DNA from: the human T2T-CHM13v2.0 reference genome, Homo sapiens
Length of the DNA stretch: 64,000 bases
Assembly (NCBI RefSeq): GCF_009914755.1
Contig: NC_060947.1
Strand: one strand, 5' to 3'
The notes under the pieces: generated by a model
The model's database searches: none
Seen by the model: the letters and a program-made list of their open reading frames with translations, nothing else
What the model was told of the DNA's origin: nothing
Program-made: the position numbers and the translations under genes
Shown: positions 25,401 through 39,429 of the stretch, in pieces
How the letters are laid out: the number at the start of each line of letters is the position of its first letter
How positions within the stretch are numbered: the stretch's first letter is position 1

Positions 25401-26980
25401 TTTAAGTAACAGCTTTATTGAGACATAATTTATATACCACGCAATTCACCCATTTAAAATGTACAATTAAATGGTTTTTGGTACATACACAGAGTTGTGC
25501 AACTATCACTGCAACCAATTTTAGAACATTCTCATCACCCCCAACAAAAACCGCTGTGCCCATTAGCTGTAAATCCCTATTTCTCCCCAAACCTCCCAAC
25601 CCTAGGCAACCACAAACCTACTTTTGTTTCTACGTATTTGTCTATTCTGGACATTTAATATAAACAGAGTCATAAAATATATGGTCTTTTGTGTCTGGTT
25701 TCCTTCACCTATCATAATGTTTTTATTGTTCATTCACGTTATAGCATGTCATCACTTGATTTTTTATGCCTGAATAATATTCCATTGCATGAATACAGCA
25801 CATTTTCCTTATCCATTCTTTCATCGATGGGAATTTAGTTTGTTTTCACCTTTTTGCTATTATGAATAATGCTGTTTTGAATATCTGCGTGCAAGGTTTT
25901 CTGTAGACATACATTTTTATTTCTCTGGAGTAGAATTGCTGGTCATATGGTGACTCTGTTTAATCATTCAAGGAACTGACAGACTGCTTCCAAAGTGGCT
26001 GCACCATTTTATATTCCCACCACCAGTGCATGAGGTTTCTTTCTTTCTTTTTTTTAACTTCCTTGCCAATGCTTATTATTCTCTTTTTTATTATCACAAC
26101 CCTAAGGGTGTAAAGTGGTATCTCATTGTAGTCTCGATTTGCATTTACCTCATGGCTAATTATGTTGAGCATCTTTTCATGTACGTGCTCCTTGGAGAAA
26201 TATCTATTCAAGGCTCTGCCATTTTAAAATTGGACTATTATCTTTTTATTATTGATGTGTAAGAGTTCTGTGTATATATTCTAGGTACAAGTCCCTAGTC
26301 AGACATATGATTTTCAAATATTTTCTTCCATTTTGTGAGTCATATTTCCACTTTATTGATGTATCATGTGCAGCACAGAAGTTTTTAATTCTTATGAAGT
26401 CCAATTTGTCTATTTTTTCTTTGGTTGCTTGTGTTTTTGGTATCATATCTAAGAAACCATTGCCTAATCTAAATTCAAGATTTATACATATTTTTCCTTA
26501 AGAATTTCATAGCTTACATTTGGGTCTTTGATTCATTTTGAGTTAATTTTTATATATGCTGTGAGGTGGGGATTTAACTTCATTCTTGTCCATGTGGATA
26601 TCCAGTTGTTCCAGCACTGTTTGCTGAAAAGACTACTTTTTTCCCTATTGAATTACATTGGTATTTTGAAAATCAATTGGTTGTAAATGTAAGAGTTTAT
26701 TTTTGAACTCTCAATTTTATTCCATTGATTTATGTGTCTATGTCAGTACCACACTGTTTTGATAACTGTAAACTTGTGGTAAGTTTGAAATTAGGAAGTA
26801 TAAGTTTTACTTTATCCCTCTTTTTTTCAATATTGTTTTTGCTATTCTGGATCCCTTGAATTTCCAAATGAATTTTAGGATTAGTTTATCAATTTCTGCA
26901 AAGTCAGTCAGTATTTTCATAGGAATTTCATTGAATCAGTAGGTCAATTTGGGGAATATTATTACATTAATAATATTATA
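25401..26980 (-). mobile_element. L1MB 3' portion
   Basis: cagctttattgagacataattt...ccaaagtggctgcaccattttatattcccaccaccagtg...gatatccagttgttccagcac. Confidence 0.88.
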
Positions 26981-28199
26981 AATTCTCTTTTGAACTGGTT
27001 TATAATATCAGCCTGGTTCTCTCATTTATTATGAGTTAAATAAATTTTTAACACATGTTCATTTTTATATTTGCGTGTTATGATATTATCTTTTTTTTGA
27101 AAATTATATTTTAACATCTGTGATTTAGGTAAAGCAAGGATACTTCCTCCATTTCATAAATGTGGATACTGACACCCCAAGAGGTTAAGTGACTGGCATG
27201 GGTTGAACAGCAACTTAATGATAGAGCTATGACTAAAACCCAGGTATTTTGACTCCCAATCAAAGATGTTTTTACCATCAACATTTTGTTTCTTAAAAAT
27301 TTTTAAATGGTAGAAATGATGTTCTGGAAAGAATTCTGTTAGGTTTCTGCTTGGAATATAATTTCTTTTTTTTTTCTCTTTTCTATATTCCAAACTCTAC
27401 TCTGCCAATATGATGTCCTTGTGTTTTCAGTATATATTTATTTTAGCTAAACTTAACAAGGTTGAATTATTTGTGTGGCATTTGTTTCTTGGATCAAGGT
27501 ATGGGGGAATCCAAAATATAGTGCAAAGGATTAGACAGGACATAATGTTGAATGAAAGTACTAGTGTAGTATAGTCCATGACACAGGGAACCCCAAAGGA
27601 ATATATATCAATTGGGACACTAAACAGAATTTGGGATGACAGAGAATTATCTGTACATAATGGTATGGGTGTAAGGCTTTCATGGGAGGAGGTGGGGAGG
27701 CTGACATGAAAAAATGCAGAATTGCCCTGAAGATTTAAGAAGGCAGCCATTTGTTCTGCCCATTCTGTGAAGAAAACAACTCTACTCAGAACCTATTTCA
27801 AAGAAATCCTATTTAGAAAACAAGCATATTTTCTCTCTCAGTCTTTTGTGTCCAAGCAGAATATGTCATTCTCCAACATTTACTTGCAAATTGGAAATGT
27901 CTCTATTAAGACGTAACTCCCAGTAACTATGGTTGTCCAAAGTTGAAATTCCTCAACACTCACTTACGCTGAATATTAGGCTATGTGTCGTAAAACAAAA
28001 ATCAACAAAGGAGATGAGGCCTACAGTTTCAGCTTGTATTAAAGATATAGGTTCTTATTTCTAATCCATTCTAAAGGGCTATTGATGATGCAAGAATATT
28101 ACTCTGGTTTTCTAATGTAGCTATCTAAAGCAAGCCTTTGATTCTTTTTTTTTAAATCCACTGCACCATCCCTGTACCTTATTTTGAATATTATTTATA

Positions 28200-28630
28200 G
28201 CAGTCGTTCTCATGCTTTGGCAATAGTCAGAATTACTGGCAAAGATTGTTGAAACCCAGAATGCTGGGCCCCACCCATTTTGAATTCAGTAGATCTAGAG
28301 TGAGAACTGAGATTTTGTATTTCTAACAAGTTCCCAGATGACGCTGATGTTGCTAGCACATGAACCACACATTGAGGACCACTACCTTCTAGCCTTCTTT
28401 GGTCTTCTGGCCCACAGTATCAGCATCACCTAGGAACTTGTTAAAAATGCAAAATCTTGTACACAAATTAAAGTTTGAGACGCACTAGAGAACATTGAGG
28501 CCAGTGGTTTCTAGACCTGGATGTTATCAGAATTGCTTGTGGAGCTTTCAAATTTCTAGATTTCCAGGTCCCTCCCCCAACAATTCAGTTCCCAGTGATT
28601 CTGATGCACAGCCATGTTTGGGAAACATTG
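28200..28630. mobile_element. Cluster of MER5A/MER5B MITEs
   Basis: Repeated MER5 motifs (tttctaacaagttcccagatg; cagcatcacctaggaacttgttaaaaatgcaaaat; gtgattctgatgcacagcca). Confidence 0.7.
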
Positions 28631-31274
28631 CTTTAGACAAGTGCTATCCCAAAATACTTTTATCACAACCTCTCCACCTCTCCTCACATACAGTCACATG
28701 TTATCCTTTAGCAATTTCTGTGAATGGCAAATGAGCCCAGCAGAGAAGCATTTTACTAGGGCTTTGAATGGCCTTAAGCAACTGGAAGCTGTTCACACAA
28801 GTGGCTCAAGCATTGATTTTGTAAAAACAACATGTTAAATACTGGAACTGGGGGAAGGGAGAGATACAAGAGAGTGCAAGACAGGATCTGTTGGGGAGAT
28901 AGACCTAACACACATAAAAAAATAACTGCAAAACAATGAAGTGATAAACTCTCTGGCATTCTCAGTATGCCTGATGTTCAAACAAGGTATGTGAATCAGA
29001 AAACTGCTCAAAAAGAGGTGACCATGGGCATGCATAGGGAATCATCTCACATTTTTTTTTCATTTTCTCTTCTAGGAGTCATTCAACAAATGGTCTCTGA
29101 GACAAAGAATAACTCAACAATATGGAGCTAAATAGGGGAATAGAAAATGCACTTAACGCTCAACAAATTTTGTATAGAAGGATGAATCACAGAGAGTGCA
29201 TCCGATTAAATAAGGAAAGGGTGGGAATGGGGACATGGATCTTGAATAAAAATTACTCTTGGTTTCCATCCTCTACAAAATGTGGCATCTACAAGCTGAG
29301 TGTAAGCCAAAGACTCCCAAGCCAGGAACAAATGAAGGCCCTCCTAAGCAAAAATGCCTGATACCATGCTAAAATCCCCAAACCTCATTCCTTTTCTTCC
29401 AGACATGATTATGCCCCAAACAGATGATGTAGGCTAGAAATATGCTAGAACTAGACTAACAGCACCCCCAGCTATAGATTTATGTCCTTGTGCAAGATGT
29501 TTATGTTTCTTCTTGGTGAAAAATATAAATTTTCAGGACATATTCATTTGCCAAAATTTTAATCCAATAATCTATATCCTAGCTTTTGAAATGGAGCACT
29601 TACTCATTTGATAATTCAAGGAGACCTGGGAAATGAAAAAGAATAAAAGTTTTATCCATTGTCCTACTAGTATAATTTATTGACAGAGCGGATGCTTTGC
29701 CTGGTTACCAATTAGTATTTTCTGATTCTATTGGCATGATCATCCCTTACAAATGAATAATGGTTATGTTATTCAGAGCACCTTCACAGGTATTTTGATG
29801 TCTACAGCTCTAAAGTTATATGACCTAATATTGTCCTTTATGGCCCTATGAGGTAGGTTAGGCAAGGTCCCTTAATCTGTTCTGTACCTTAGTTTATTCA
29901 TCTATAAAATGAGAGGGTTGGACTAAAACAATAGTTCTCAATATTGGCTGAACATTGACTTGCCTAGGGAGATTTAAAAAATACTGACACTCGTGCCTGG
30001 GTCTCAGCTCCAGAGGATTTTGATGTAATTAGTCTGGAGTCAGGTCTAGGCATTGAACCTTCTAAAAGTTCCCCAAGATTTCTAGTGGACAGCCAAAATT
30101 GAGACCCACTTGATTGGATGAGGACTAAGGTCTCTTACAGCTCCGATATTCTGAGTCTAGATGCCATTTTAATTTTAAGGATGAGGTAACTGAGACACAG
30201 AGGGGTTAAAGGACGGCTGAAGTTCAAAAACTAAATCACTTCTAAGATAGATGATAAACCCTAACCCATGTCTTTCTACTTCAAAGCTTAGACCTTTGTT
30301 TCCAGCTGCCTTTAGTTTACCAAATGTCTAAATCTGTATGGTTATTAACCCTGACTTTAGCCTTTATACCTTTATCTATAGAAATACAACATTTCAGAAA
30401 TATTGCCCTTGGACTATTGCCTTCCTCTGTTGAGCTCACTATACCTTCTCCTCCATTAGAAGGCCTTCATGAATTAGCCTCCACCTGGCCCTAATCTAAG
30501 TGCGTATGCATTATTTTAGTACTTACTAATTATTAAGTCACTCTCCATTCATTCGTTCATTCAATATATATATTGAGCATATACCATGTTCCAGGCACTA
30601 TTCTAGGTCCTGAGGATATATCTATGAACATGATAATGCCTCTGCCCCTGACAGTTGTTCATATGTTACTCTAAAGATATAAGACTTTACTCTAGGTATG
30701 GAGTTTGTCTTCTTGACTAGATTGTAAGCACCTCAAAACTAGATACTTTATTTTCTGGTCCCTATAGAGTCTCCCAAAGTGCTAGTACAATACTCTGCAA
30801 ATAACGGATGCATTGCGGTTTAATGATTATAAAGGACCATCACAGTCAGCTATTAATGGAACCTACTATTAAGAAAGTCACTAAAAATTGGAACTATTGG
30901 GCATTTTGTTTATTCTTTATATGATAGATAATTAAAATTTACTGATGTCTGGGACTCTTGCCAGCATGGAATTATTTCTAGACATTGACAGGAAGCAGCT
31001 TAAGATTGGCTATTTTGGAAAGTTTGAAATTTGAGTTATGTTATCATGGAACTTTATGTACAGGGAGGACTGAAGTGCACAGAATGTTTGCATTGTGGAA
31101 GGAACTTTTGGGAATATATTCTACCAAAGTAGAAACTGAGATCCAAAGAGAGGTTGTGGTTTCTCATAGATTATCCAGCTCTTTAGTGTCAAAGCAGGAG
31201 TCTCTGAGTCCCTTGACCAAAGCTCTTTTCCACAATTTATTCCTGTGTTGCGGGGCTTGGCAAATGCCCTGGAA

Positions 31275-31445
31275 AAGGCAGTGCCTTTGAACTCCAGATT
31301 GAAACATCAACTCTTCTCTGCGTCTCCAGCCTGCTGGCCTGCCCTGGATTTGCCAGCCCTCACAAACTGTGTGAGCCAATTTCATAAAATAAATCTCTTT
31401 ATATACATCCTATTGGTCCTGTTTCACAGGAGAACCCTGACCACA
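31275..31445 (+). mobile_element. MLT2-family LTR 3' fragment
   Basis: gtctccagcctgctggcctgccctggattt...tgtgagccaatttcataaaataaatctc...cctattggtcctgtttc...ggagaaccctgac. Confidence 0.75.
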
Positions 31446-31575
31446 AAAAGCCCATATAATAAATATGTTGGGTTTTCTGGTCCTACATTTTCTCTGTTGT
31501 ATATTTTTTGTCCTGTTTAAAAAACCTATAGCTTGCTGACCTCTGATTTATTGTATTTTGACTAATGGAAAATCA

Positions 31576-32055
<480 letters not shown>

Positions 32056-33357
32056 AAATCAGGTTCTCCTTTGTATTCCAAAGGGAAGTTTCCTAGAGAC
32101 TGTAAACTCTAATCAGCCTTAATTCTTTCTAATTATATTTCAATCTGATTACTCTTGTTTTCTATCTCTCACTAGCTCTGCCTTTTGTATGAAGATTTCC
32201 AGGATCTAGAATCTTCGTGTTTATGCTGTGTGTGTTACATACACAAACTAGCTACCCCACATCATTCTGTTCTGTTTCAGGCTGGGACTTGACAAGGGCA
32301 AGGGCAGTATGGAGCAGATACTGTCATCCTTGAAAGCCACATCCAGCTAGGGGGATGGGAACCTATTGATTGATTTAAACAATTTTTTTTTCTTTGCTTG
32401 GCAAGATGGGAAGGAGAATGATTGCTGTCTGACCTCAGGTCTCAGCAAGGTCCCTGTGGAGTAGCCAACCTCCATACCGCTCGGTGAACTGAACCACAGC
32501 CAGCGCTGTTAAGCTGAGTGGGAATGTGTGTGTGAATTTTTTTAGCTTGCTCAGTAACAGTTATTTCCTCTGGAGTCCAAGTGCCAGCCCCGGACCAAGC
32601 CAGAAAAATATCTACAAGCAAAGTGGCAATGTAAAGTAAAACCCCATGAGAGTGTCCCCTCTAAATTCTTATCTTCTATTTACATCAGTTCGTGTCTAAT
32701 CCCAACCACCACCAGCTTCCAGATAGGGTTTATTGGTAAACCGTTAGGAAACAGACTCTTCAGCAGTCAATGTGACAGCAGTGGTCAGATTCAGAACCCT
32801 ACTTCAGGGTGGGGTGGCTGTTGCTAAGGAAGATTACAGTTGGGGTTGACATAGAGCTGCCTAAATTAACTACCACTAATATAGACATGGATTAAAACCA
32901 GCCCTACCCTCTTTTCTCTGGATGAACTGCAGTAATTCATCCCATTGCTAATCAACTTTCACTCCACCTTCACTCAGCTGCCTTCTGTAGGACCACAGGC
33001 TAAATGACAGAAACAGTTTCAGCTTGAAAATGAATGACACCATCCATCATTCCCAGAAGCCTCTCCTGGAAGATGCTGAGGACGCAGATTTCTATTCCCA
33101 ACTCTGAGTCCACCGAGCCAGAAAAAAATGCCGACTATTGACAGCGTTTTATTACCATGCTTTGAATAGCGGGTAACACATGTTAGAACAAAGGAAGGGG
33201 AGAAGCACTCCTTGGTACATCTCAATTAGTAGCTGGTACATCCAAGAAGCTACCACATTCTTAGACTAAACCTTCAGTGAGTCATACCATTCTTATTCAT
33301 TGCTTAGCCCATGTGACCTCACAATGCCAGCCCAGAAATCAGATAGCTCTGTATATC

Positions 33358-33611
33358 CAGGGCTGATTATCTGTTAAGTATGGTAGGCAAAGTGCCTAGG
33401 GCCCACAGCACTGTTATGGACCCATGAAAAGGGTTTAATTTCTTTGAAAACCAGAAACATAAATAAACGTTTAGGTTGGTAAAAATGCTTTAAAATGTAA
33501 TATTAATATATACATCTTTATATCAGCACAATGGTAGTTTGTTTTTTAGTGGAGGAAGAGATCCACAAAGGCAAAAGTGCCTAGGGCCCACCAGAAGCAT
33601 AATGCATTCCT
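33358..33611 (-). mobile_element. ORSL-like hAT-Tip100 MITE
   Basis: Starts cagggctgattatc and carries two copies of aaagtgcctagggcccac, as in my recollection of the ORSL consensus. Confidence 0.65.
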
Positions 33612-34684
33612 AAGTTTATCAACTATTCCTAAAGATCCAAAATCTAAAGGGTAGGATGACCTGCTAGAGAACTCACACTTCTTTTAATCAGAGAAATCTG
33701 GGAAAGCACAAACATCAATTCCCAACAGGAGACAAGTCAAACACTTGAAACTCCAAGCAAGGCAAGGCTCCATTCTCTTTGCAAAAGCAAGAGGAAGTTC
33801 ACCTATCAACTGCCATATTAAATAAACTGTGGAGGCAAATACTGCCAGAGGGAGGCTTTTTATCAAGGCTGTAATGTCTCTGGTGAGTAAGACCAGAAAT
33901 GTTCTGACATATAAATATTTATATACGACTTCATCAGATGAGACAGCCAATACTTAAAAGAAACAGGGGCACAAGTGTGTGTATGCAGACACAAAGAGAC
34001 TTAGAGAGGTGCTGGTCTCTGGCTCAAAACCTCTTTTAAGGGATATTATCATGCTGTGCGAGCCATTCAGACCCCTAGGGTCTTCCAAATTATTGCCAGC
34101 TGGAGAAGTATCGGCTTGGTGCAATAGAAAGTGTGCAGTCTATTTAAATGGTAAACACTACTTATGGAAGTTAAGTCTAATTAGTAAACCTGACTGATTC
34201 CTCCAGTGAGACTCTGCAGCATGGTGTGGTGAGTGGAAGGAGTGCTTGTTTGTATAGGACTAAATCTATTGTGAAGGTTCTAAACCTGGCAATTGATATT
34301 ACTTCCTCTTTACCACTAAGGCTAGAGAAGCCAGACTTTAATGCCTATGATCAATAGGATTTTCCTAACCTCTTACAACTTTGGGGGACTATTCAAACAT
34401 CTTCTAGAAAATTTGCCCCTTTTGTTCAATTTCTCCTTTTCCTTCTATAGTTTATATCAGAGATGGATGCTCTGAAGTCCTGCCTTTACCATGGGTGAAT
34501 AGGTGTTACCTTTGCAGTGATTGTTGGTACTCTATCAACAAAGCCCTTTTTGATTTAGTTTATAAGCCCTATCAAAATGCAGTGGTGCCTGTTTTCTTTC
34601 AATTTAATTATTCCTTTCAGCCTTGAAGGTTTTTCCTTTTCAAGATTCTCTAATTAAAATACAAATAAATACCTGAGGCAAAGA

Positions 34685-34920
34685 CCAGTGATTCCCAAAG
34701 TGCATTCTACCCTATGGTCATAGATTTATATTTAAGGTTTGGTGTTCAAACAAGTTTGGGGAATACTGGTCTAAACACAAGCAGGTTTCTTTGTAGAGGG
34801 ATTCTTGGAGTCTTTTTTCCAAGAGGAGACTATACTATGCAATGTTACTAAACTTATTTGACCACAGAATATTTGATCAGACTAGTGTTACATATAGCGT
34901 AATTTGAGAAATGTGCTCTA
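34685..34920. mobile_element. MER103-like Charlie MITE
   Basis: ccagtgattcccaaagtg...aacaagtttggggaatactgg...aaacttatttgaccacagaa...tttgagaaatg. Similar copies near 44090-44315 and 60070-60385. Confidence 0.6.
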
Positions 34921-35429
34921 AATTGATAGGAGCTAACACAGTGAGGATTGATTTGTTAGAGCCTTACCAACTAAATCCATGAACTATGATGAAGGCTTTG
35001 AGAAAATCAGACTCAGAAAATGTCTGATTTATCTGAGTTAGGACTTTAAGTGATAAGATAAGACAAGAGCACACACTTGGACTAAGGGCTAGCTCTATAT
35101 GTTATAGTGTATACATGACATAAGTAAGTTACATGGGACATTTTAGCAACCAACTACATATAAAACAAGAGTTAGCAAAGAGAAAATGGGACACTGGACA
35201 GACTAGTTTTGATAGATCTGGAGCATGGGAAGCTGCCAAGAAACAGATCCAACAGCCTGACCCAGTCATAGCTCCATCTGCCTAGTCACCTCTGAGAGTC
35301 TTTATGAGCCAAGGTTTGCCCTCTGGTCTACTGGAGAATTTTGCTTTCTGTTCCCAGCAATAAGGACTATTCAAATCATCTGGATTTTATTGATTTACTA
35401 TCCTAAATCTTTATCTGAAACAGACCCTG

Positions 35430-36920
35430 TCTGCTACATTTGACACGGCTGCCCGCACCTGCCTTTTAGTGTTCTCTGGATACATCTTCATCTAGTTCTC
35501 CATGGTTTTCTCTAGCAATTCCTGGGCTCTTATGCCTACCCACCCATTTAATGCAAATGTCTACAGGGCCTTTTCCTTGGACAATTTCTCACATGCACCC
35601 TTGGTAAGCTCATCTACTTACCTGATTTTAACTACCATTGTTTGAAGATTACTCCCAAGCCTATATCTCTAGCCAAGACCTCTCTCTTGAGTTCCAGATC
35701 CATATCTATCACTTTCTCCTTCTGGAGTCTCCACTTAGATGTAGCAAAGTACCCCAACTTCAATGCATCTAAACCCCATAGCCAGGTGTGGTGAGACACG
35801 CTTGTAGTCCCAGCTACTCGGGAGGCTAAAGTGGAAGGATCACTTGAGCCCCAGAGTTTGAAGCAGCAGTGAGAAAGGATCATGCCACTGCACTCCAGCC
35901 TGGGCGACAGAGCAAGATTCTGTCAATACATAAATAAATAACCCTACTTCTTGCCCTGGCTTTCCCTGCCTCAGTGAGTGGCCCCACCATCCACCCACAT
36001 AACTGAACCATAAACCTCAGCCACCTGAGTCCTCCAATTCCCTCACTTGTGGTAGGCAGAATTCTAAGAATGACCCTTCAATGACCCTGACCTTTGTATA
36101 TTCTCCTCTCTTTGAATTATAATTATGAGTTGCCATTCCCATGATTATGTTATGTTTCATGGCAAAAGGGCTTTTTTATGTAATTAATGTTACCAAATTA
36201 GTTAACTTTGGGTTAATCAAAGGGGAGATTATCCAGTTGGGACCAATTTAATCACATGACCCCATTAAAAGCAGAGAATTTGCTGAGGCTGGTGGCAGAA
36301 AAGGAAATCAGAGAGATTCTAAGCATGAGAACAATCTGATGTACGTTGTTGGCTTGAAAATGGAAGGGGACATGTGAGAAGAATGTGGGTAACCTTTAGA
36401 AGCTGAAAACATTTCTCAGCTGACATCTAAGAAGGACATGGGAATTGAAATCTGCCCCAAACCTGAACAAGCATGGAACCAGACTCATTCCCAGAGCCTC
36501 CAGATAAAAGCCTATCTTATCTGACACCTTGACTTCAGCCTTGTGAGGTCTTAAACAGAGAATCTAGTCAAGCCTTCTTTAACTCTGACCTACGGAACTG
36601 TGACATAATAAATGAGTGTTGTTCTAAGCTGCTATGTTTGTGGTAACTTACTACACAGCAATAGACAATTAATACACCCTCAAATTCAATTAATCACTAA
36701 GTTCTCCAGTTTCTACCTCACAAATATTTCTTGGCTTTGTTTTCTCCTTTTTAATTTCCACTACTGCTGCCTCGATTTAGATCCTTCTATTCTCTTGCCT
36801 GTACTACCACACAGCCTCTATCTGGACTCTCTACTAGTTATGTCTTCCTGAAATTCAAAACAACAGTGACCTACTCAAACTGCATATCTGATCATATAAT
36901 TCCCCTGCTTAAAATCCTTC
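35430..36920 (+). mobile_element. L2 fragment interrupted by an Alu right monomer (35779-35940) and an MLT1 LTR (36048-36676)
   Basis: L2 motifs (actcccaagcctatatctctagcc..., tctgatcatataattcccctgcttaaaatccttcagtgg). MLT1 termini tgtggtaggcagaattctaag...gcaatagacaattaataca. Confidence 0.75.
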
Positions 36921-36925
36921 AGTGG

Positions 36926-37229
36926 GGCCTGGCATAGTGGCTAACACCTGTAATCCCAGCACTTTGGGAGGCTGAGGCGGGCAGATCACTTGAGCTCAGG
37001 AGTTTGAGACCAGCCTGGCCGACATGGTGAGATCCTGTCTCTACAAAAAATACAAAAATTAGCTGGATGTGGTGGTCCATGCCTGTAGTCCCAGCTACTC
37101 AAGAAGCTGAGGCTGAGGTGGGAGACTCGCTTGAGCCCAGGAGGATGAGGCTTGCAGTGAGCCAAAATCATGCCACTGCATTCCAGTCTGGGCAATAGTG
37201 ATATCCTGCTAAAAAAAAAAAAAAAAAAA
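36926..37229 (+). mobile_element. AluJ element
   Basis: Full dimer with poly(A). TSD aaaatccttcagtgg / aaaatccttcactgg. Confidence 0.92.
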
Positions 37230-37271
37230 TCCTTCACTGGCTTCTGTTAACACATGGTAACAATCAAGTTC

Positions 37272-37651
37272 TGATATGGTTTGGCTCTGTGCCCCCACCC
37301 AAATTTCATGTTGAATTGTAATTCCCAATTTTGGAGGCGGGACCTGGTGGGAGGTGATTGAATCATGGGGACAGATTTTTCCCATGCTTTTCTCATGATA
37401 CTGAGTGAGTTCTCATGAGATCTGATGGTTTGCAAGCGTTTGGCACTTCCCCATTGCTCTCTCTCTCCTGCCACCATGTGAAGAAGGTCCTTGCTTCCTC
37501 TTCACCTTCTGTCATGATTGTTAGTTTCCTGAGGCCTTCCAGTCATGCTTCCTATTAAGCCTGTGGAACTGTGAGTCAATTAAACCACTTTTTTTCATAA
37601 ATTACCAGTCTCAGATAGTTCTTTATAGCAGTGTGAAAATGGACTAATACC
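37272..37651 (+). mobile_element. MSTA-like MaLR solo LTR
   Basis: tgatatggtttggctctgtg...gtgtgaaaatggactaatac. 5-bp TSD agttc on both sides. Confidence 0.9.
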
Positions 37652-37751
37652 AGTTCCTTAACACAGTTTACAAGGTCATTGCTAAATATTGCCTTTGCCT
37701 TCCTTTCAGCTTCATCTTCTGCTGTGTCTGCCCGGCACCTTACCTGTAATG

Positions 37752-37960
37752 CAGGGTTTCTCAACTACTATAGACATATGGGGCCAGATCACTCTTTTTT
37801 TGTGGGGGGAAGCGCTGTTCTGTGCAGTGTAAGATGTTCAGCAGCATCCCTGGCCTATACCAACTAGATGTCAGCAGCACCCTTTCCCTAGTTGTGACAA
37901 CCAAAAATATATCTACCAAGTGTCCCCTGGACAGCAAATTGTCCTGGTCGATGACAACTG
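37752..37960 (+). mobile_element. MER20
   Basis: cagggtttctcaac...gatgttcagcagcatccctggcct...gttgtgacaaccaaaaat. Confidence 0.8.
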
Positions 37961-38479
37961 GGCTAATGATGAAGACCTGCTGTGGCTCCCTACACCCAAG
38001 TTGTTTTTTATCTCATGAGCTAACATCACAAGACCTGAAGAGGGTAGAATATGTGGTATCGATTATAAAAGTATTCTAAATCTAGGAAAAATTGATAGAC
38101 TGGAATTCTAGAAGCTCCTTTTTCTGTTCCTTTTTCAAAATAAGAAACTTTGGTGGTTTGGGGGAGAATCTGTGACCCACTGGATTGAAGGTCCCAACTG
38201 TTTAGAATGCATCTTTGATTCTGGAAGGTTAGGAGGGCCAAGGTAGAACTCAGATTAAAAAGAACAAGAAAATAGCTTCTTAGGATTTGTTCTAGCTTTA
38301 AGAAAAGTTAATAAAGAAACCTTCATGTTTCCTTCTATATTGTTTAGGAAAGAACTCTGGGGGACAAATATCTACATAGAAAAAAAAGATTGTGAATTTC
38401 TTTGTTTGGAGCATGCCTTGGGGTACATATTTTAGAAACATGAGTTTGGTGGTTGGGGGACAGAACATCAAGAAACCTC

Positions 38480-39015
38480 AACACCCAGCAATTCTATTAC
38501 TAGATATATATTCAAGAGAAATGAAAATATATGTCTATACCTAAATCATGCCCAAATGTTTATAATAGCATTATTAATAGGCAAAAGATGGAGCAACCCA
38601 AATGTTCATCAACAAATGAATGGATAAACAAAATGTAGTATATCCATACAATGGAGTACTATTCAGCCATAAAAAAGAACAAAGTACAGATAGATACATG
38701 ACAGAACATAGATGACCCTTGAAAATATTATGCTAAGTGAAAGAAGCTAGTCACTTAGCATATATACATGAATCATAAAATATGATTCATTTATACAAAA
38801 TGTTCAGAAAAGGCAAATCTATAGAACTATGAAGTAGATTAGTGGTTGCTTAGGGCTGTGGGGGATAGAGGGTAGGAGAGGTAATAAAAATATTCTAAAA
38901 TTGACTTTGGTGATGGTCACACATATCTGTGAGCATATTAAAATCATTGAACTGTACACTTTGAATAAGCAAAATATGTGATATGTGAATTATATCTCAA
39001 GATGTTACAAAAGAA
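38480..39015 (+). mobile_element. L1MB 3' end
   Basis: acccagcaattctattactag...caacccaaatgttcatcaacaaatgaatggataaac...gaattatatctcaa. Confidence 0.82.
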
Positions 39016-39429
39016 AATAACCCCAACAATTTTGGACATCTCCTTACTCCCCTCCCCCAATCCTGTTTAGCATCACCAGAAGTGTATAGGATATTTGACA
39101 GGGAAGTTCAGATAGGTCTGGGTGGGAACTCTAGGAGTCTAGAACATGGCAGGGCACTGTCAAGGAACAATAGCCCATTTTAGCTTCTCCTATCAAGACC
39201 TCTTTTTTCCCTACAAAATAAGACTAAGCCAGCCTTACTGATACAGCCTTAGAGTATTGTAGAGTACTTGTATTGTAGAGTATTGTAGAGTAGAGTACTG
39301 TTCCACAACATCTGCATAGGAGAAGCTCCTGTGTTACATTAGTTCACACCCACAGTTCTTAGAAATTCTAAAAACCTTCAGAGGACTCGGCTATATGAAC
39401 CACTGTTCATATTTAATTTAAATTAAGAA

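Noticed and set aside
33386-33592. Direct repeat aaagtgcctagggcccac about 185 bp apart
   Set aside because: Explained as the internal repeat structure of an ORSL-like MITE. It is not a CRISPR-like or novel array.
39251-39300. Short imperfect tandem repeat (gtattgtaga units)
   Set aside because: A small local slippage product with no further structure.
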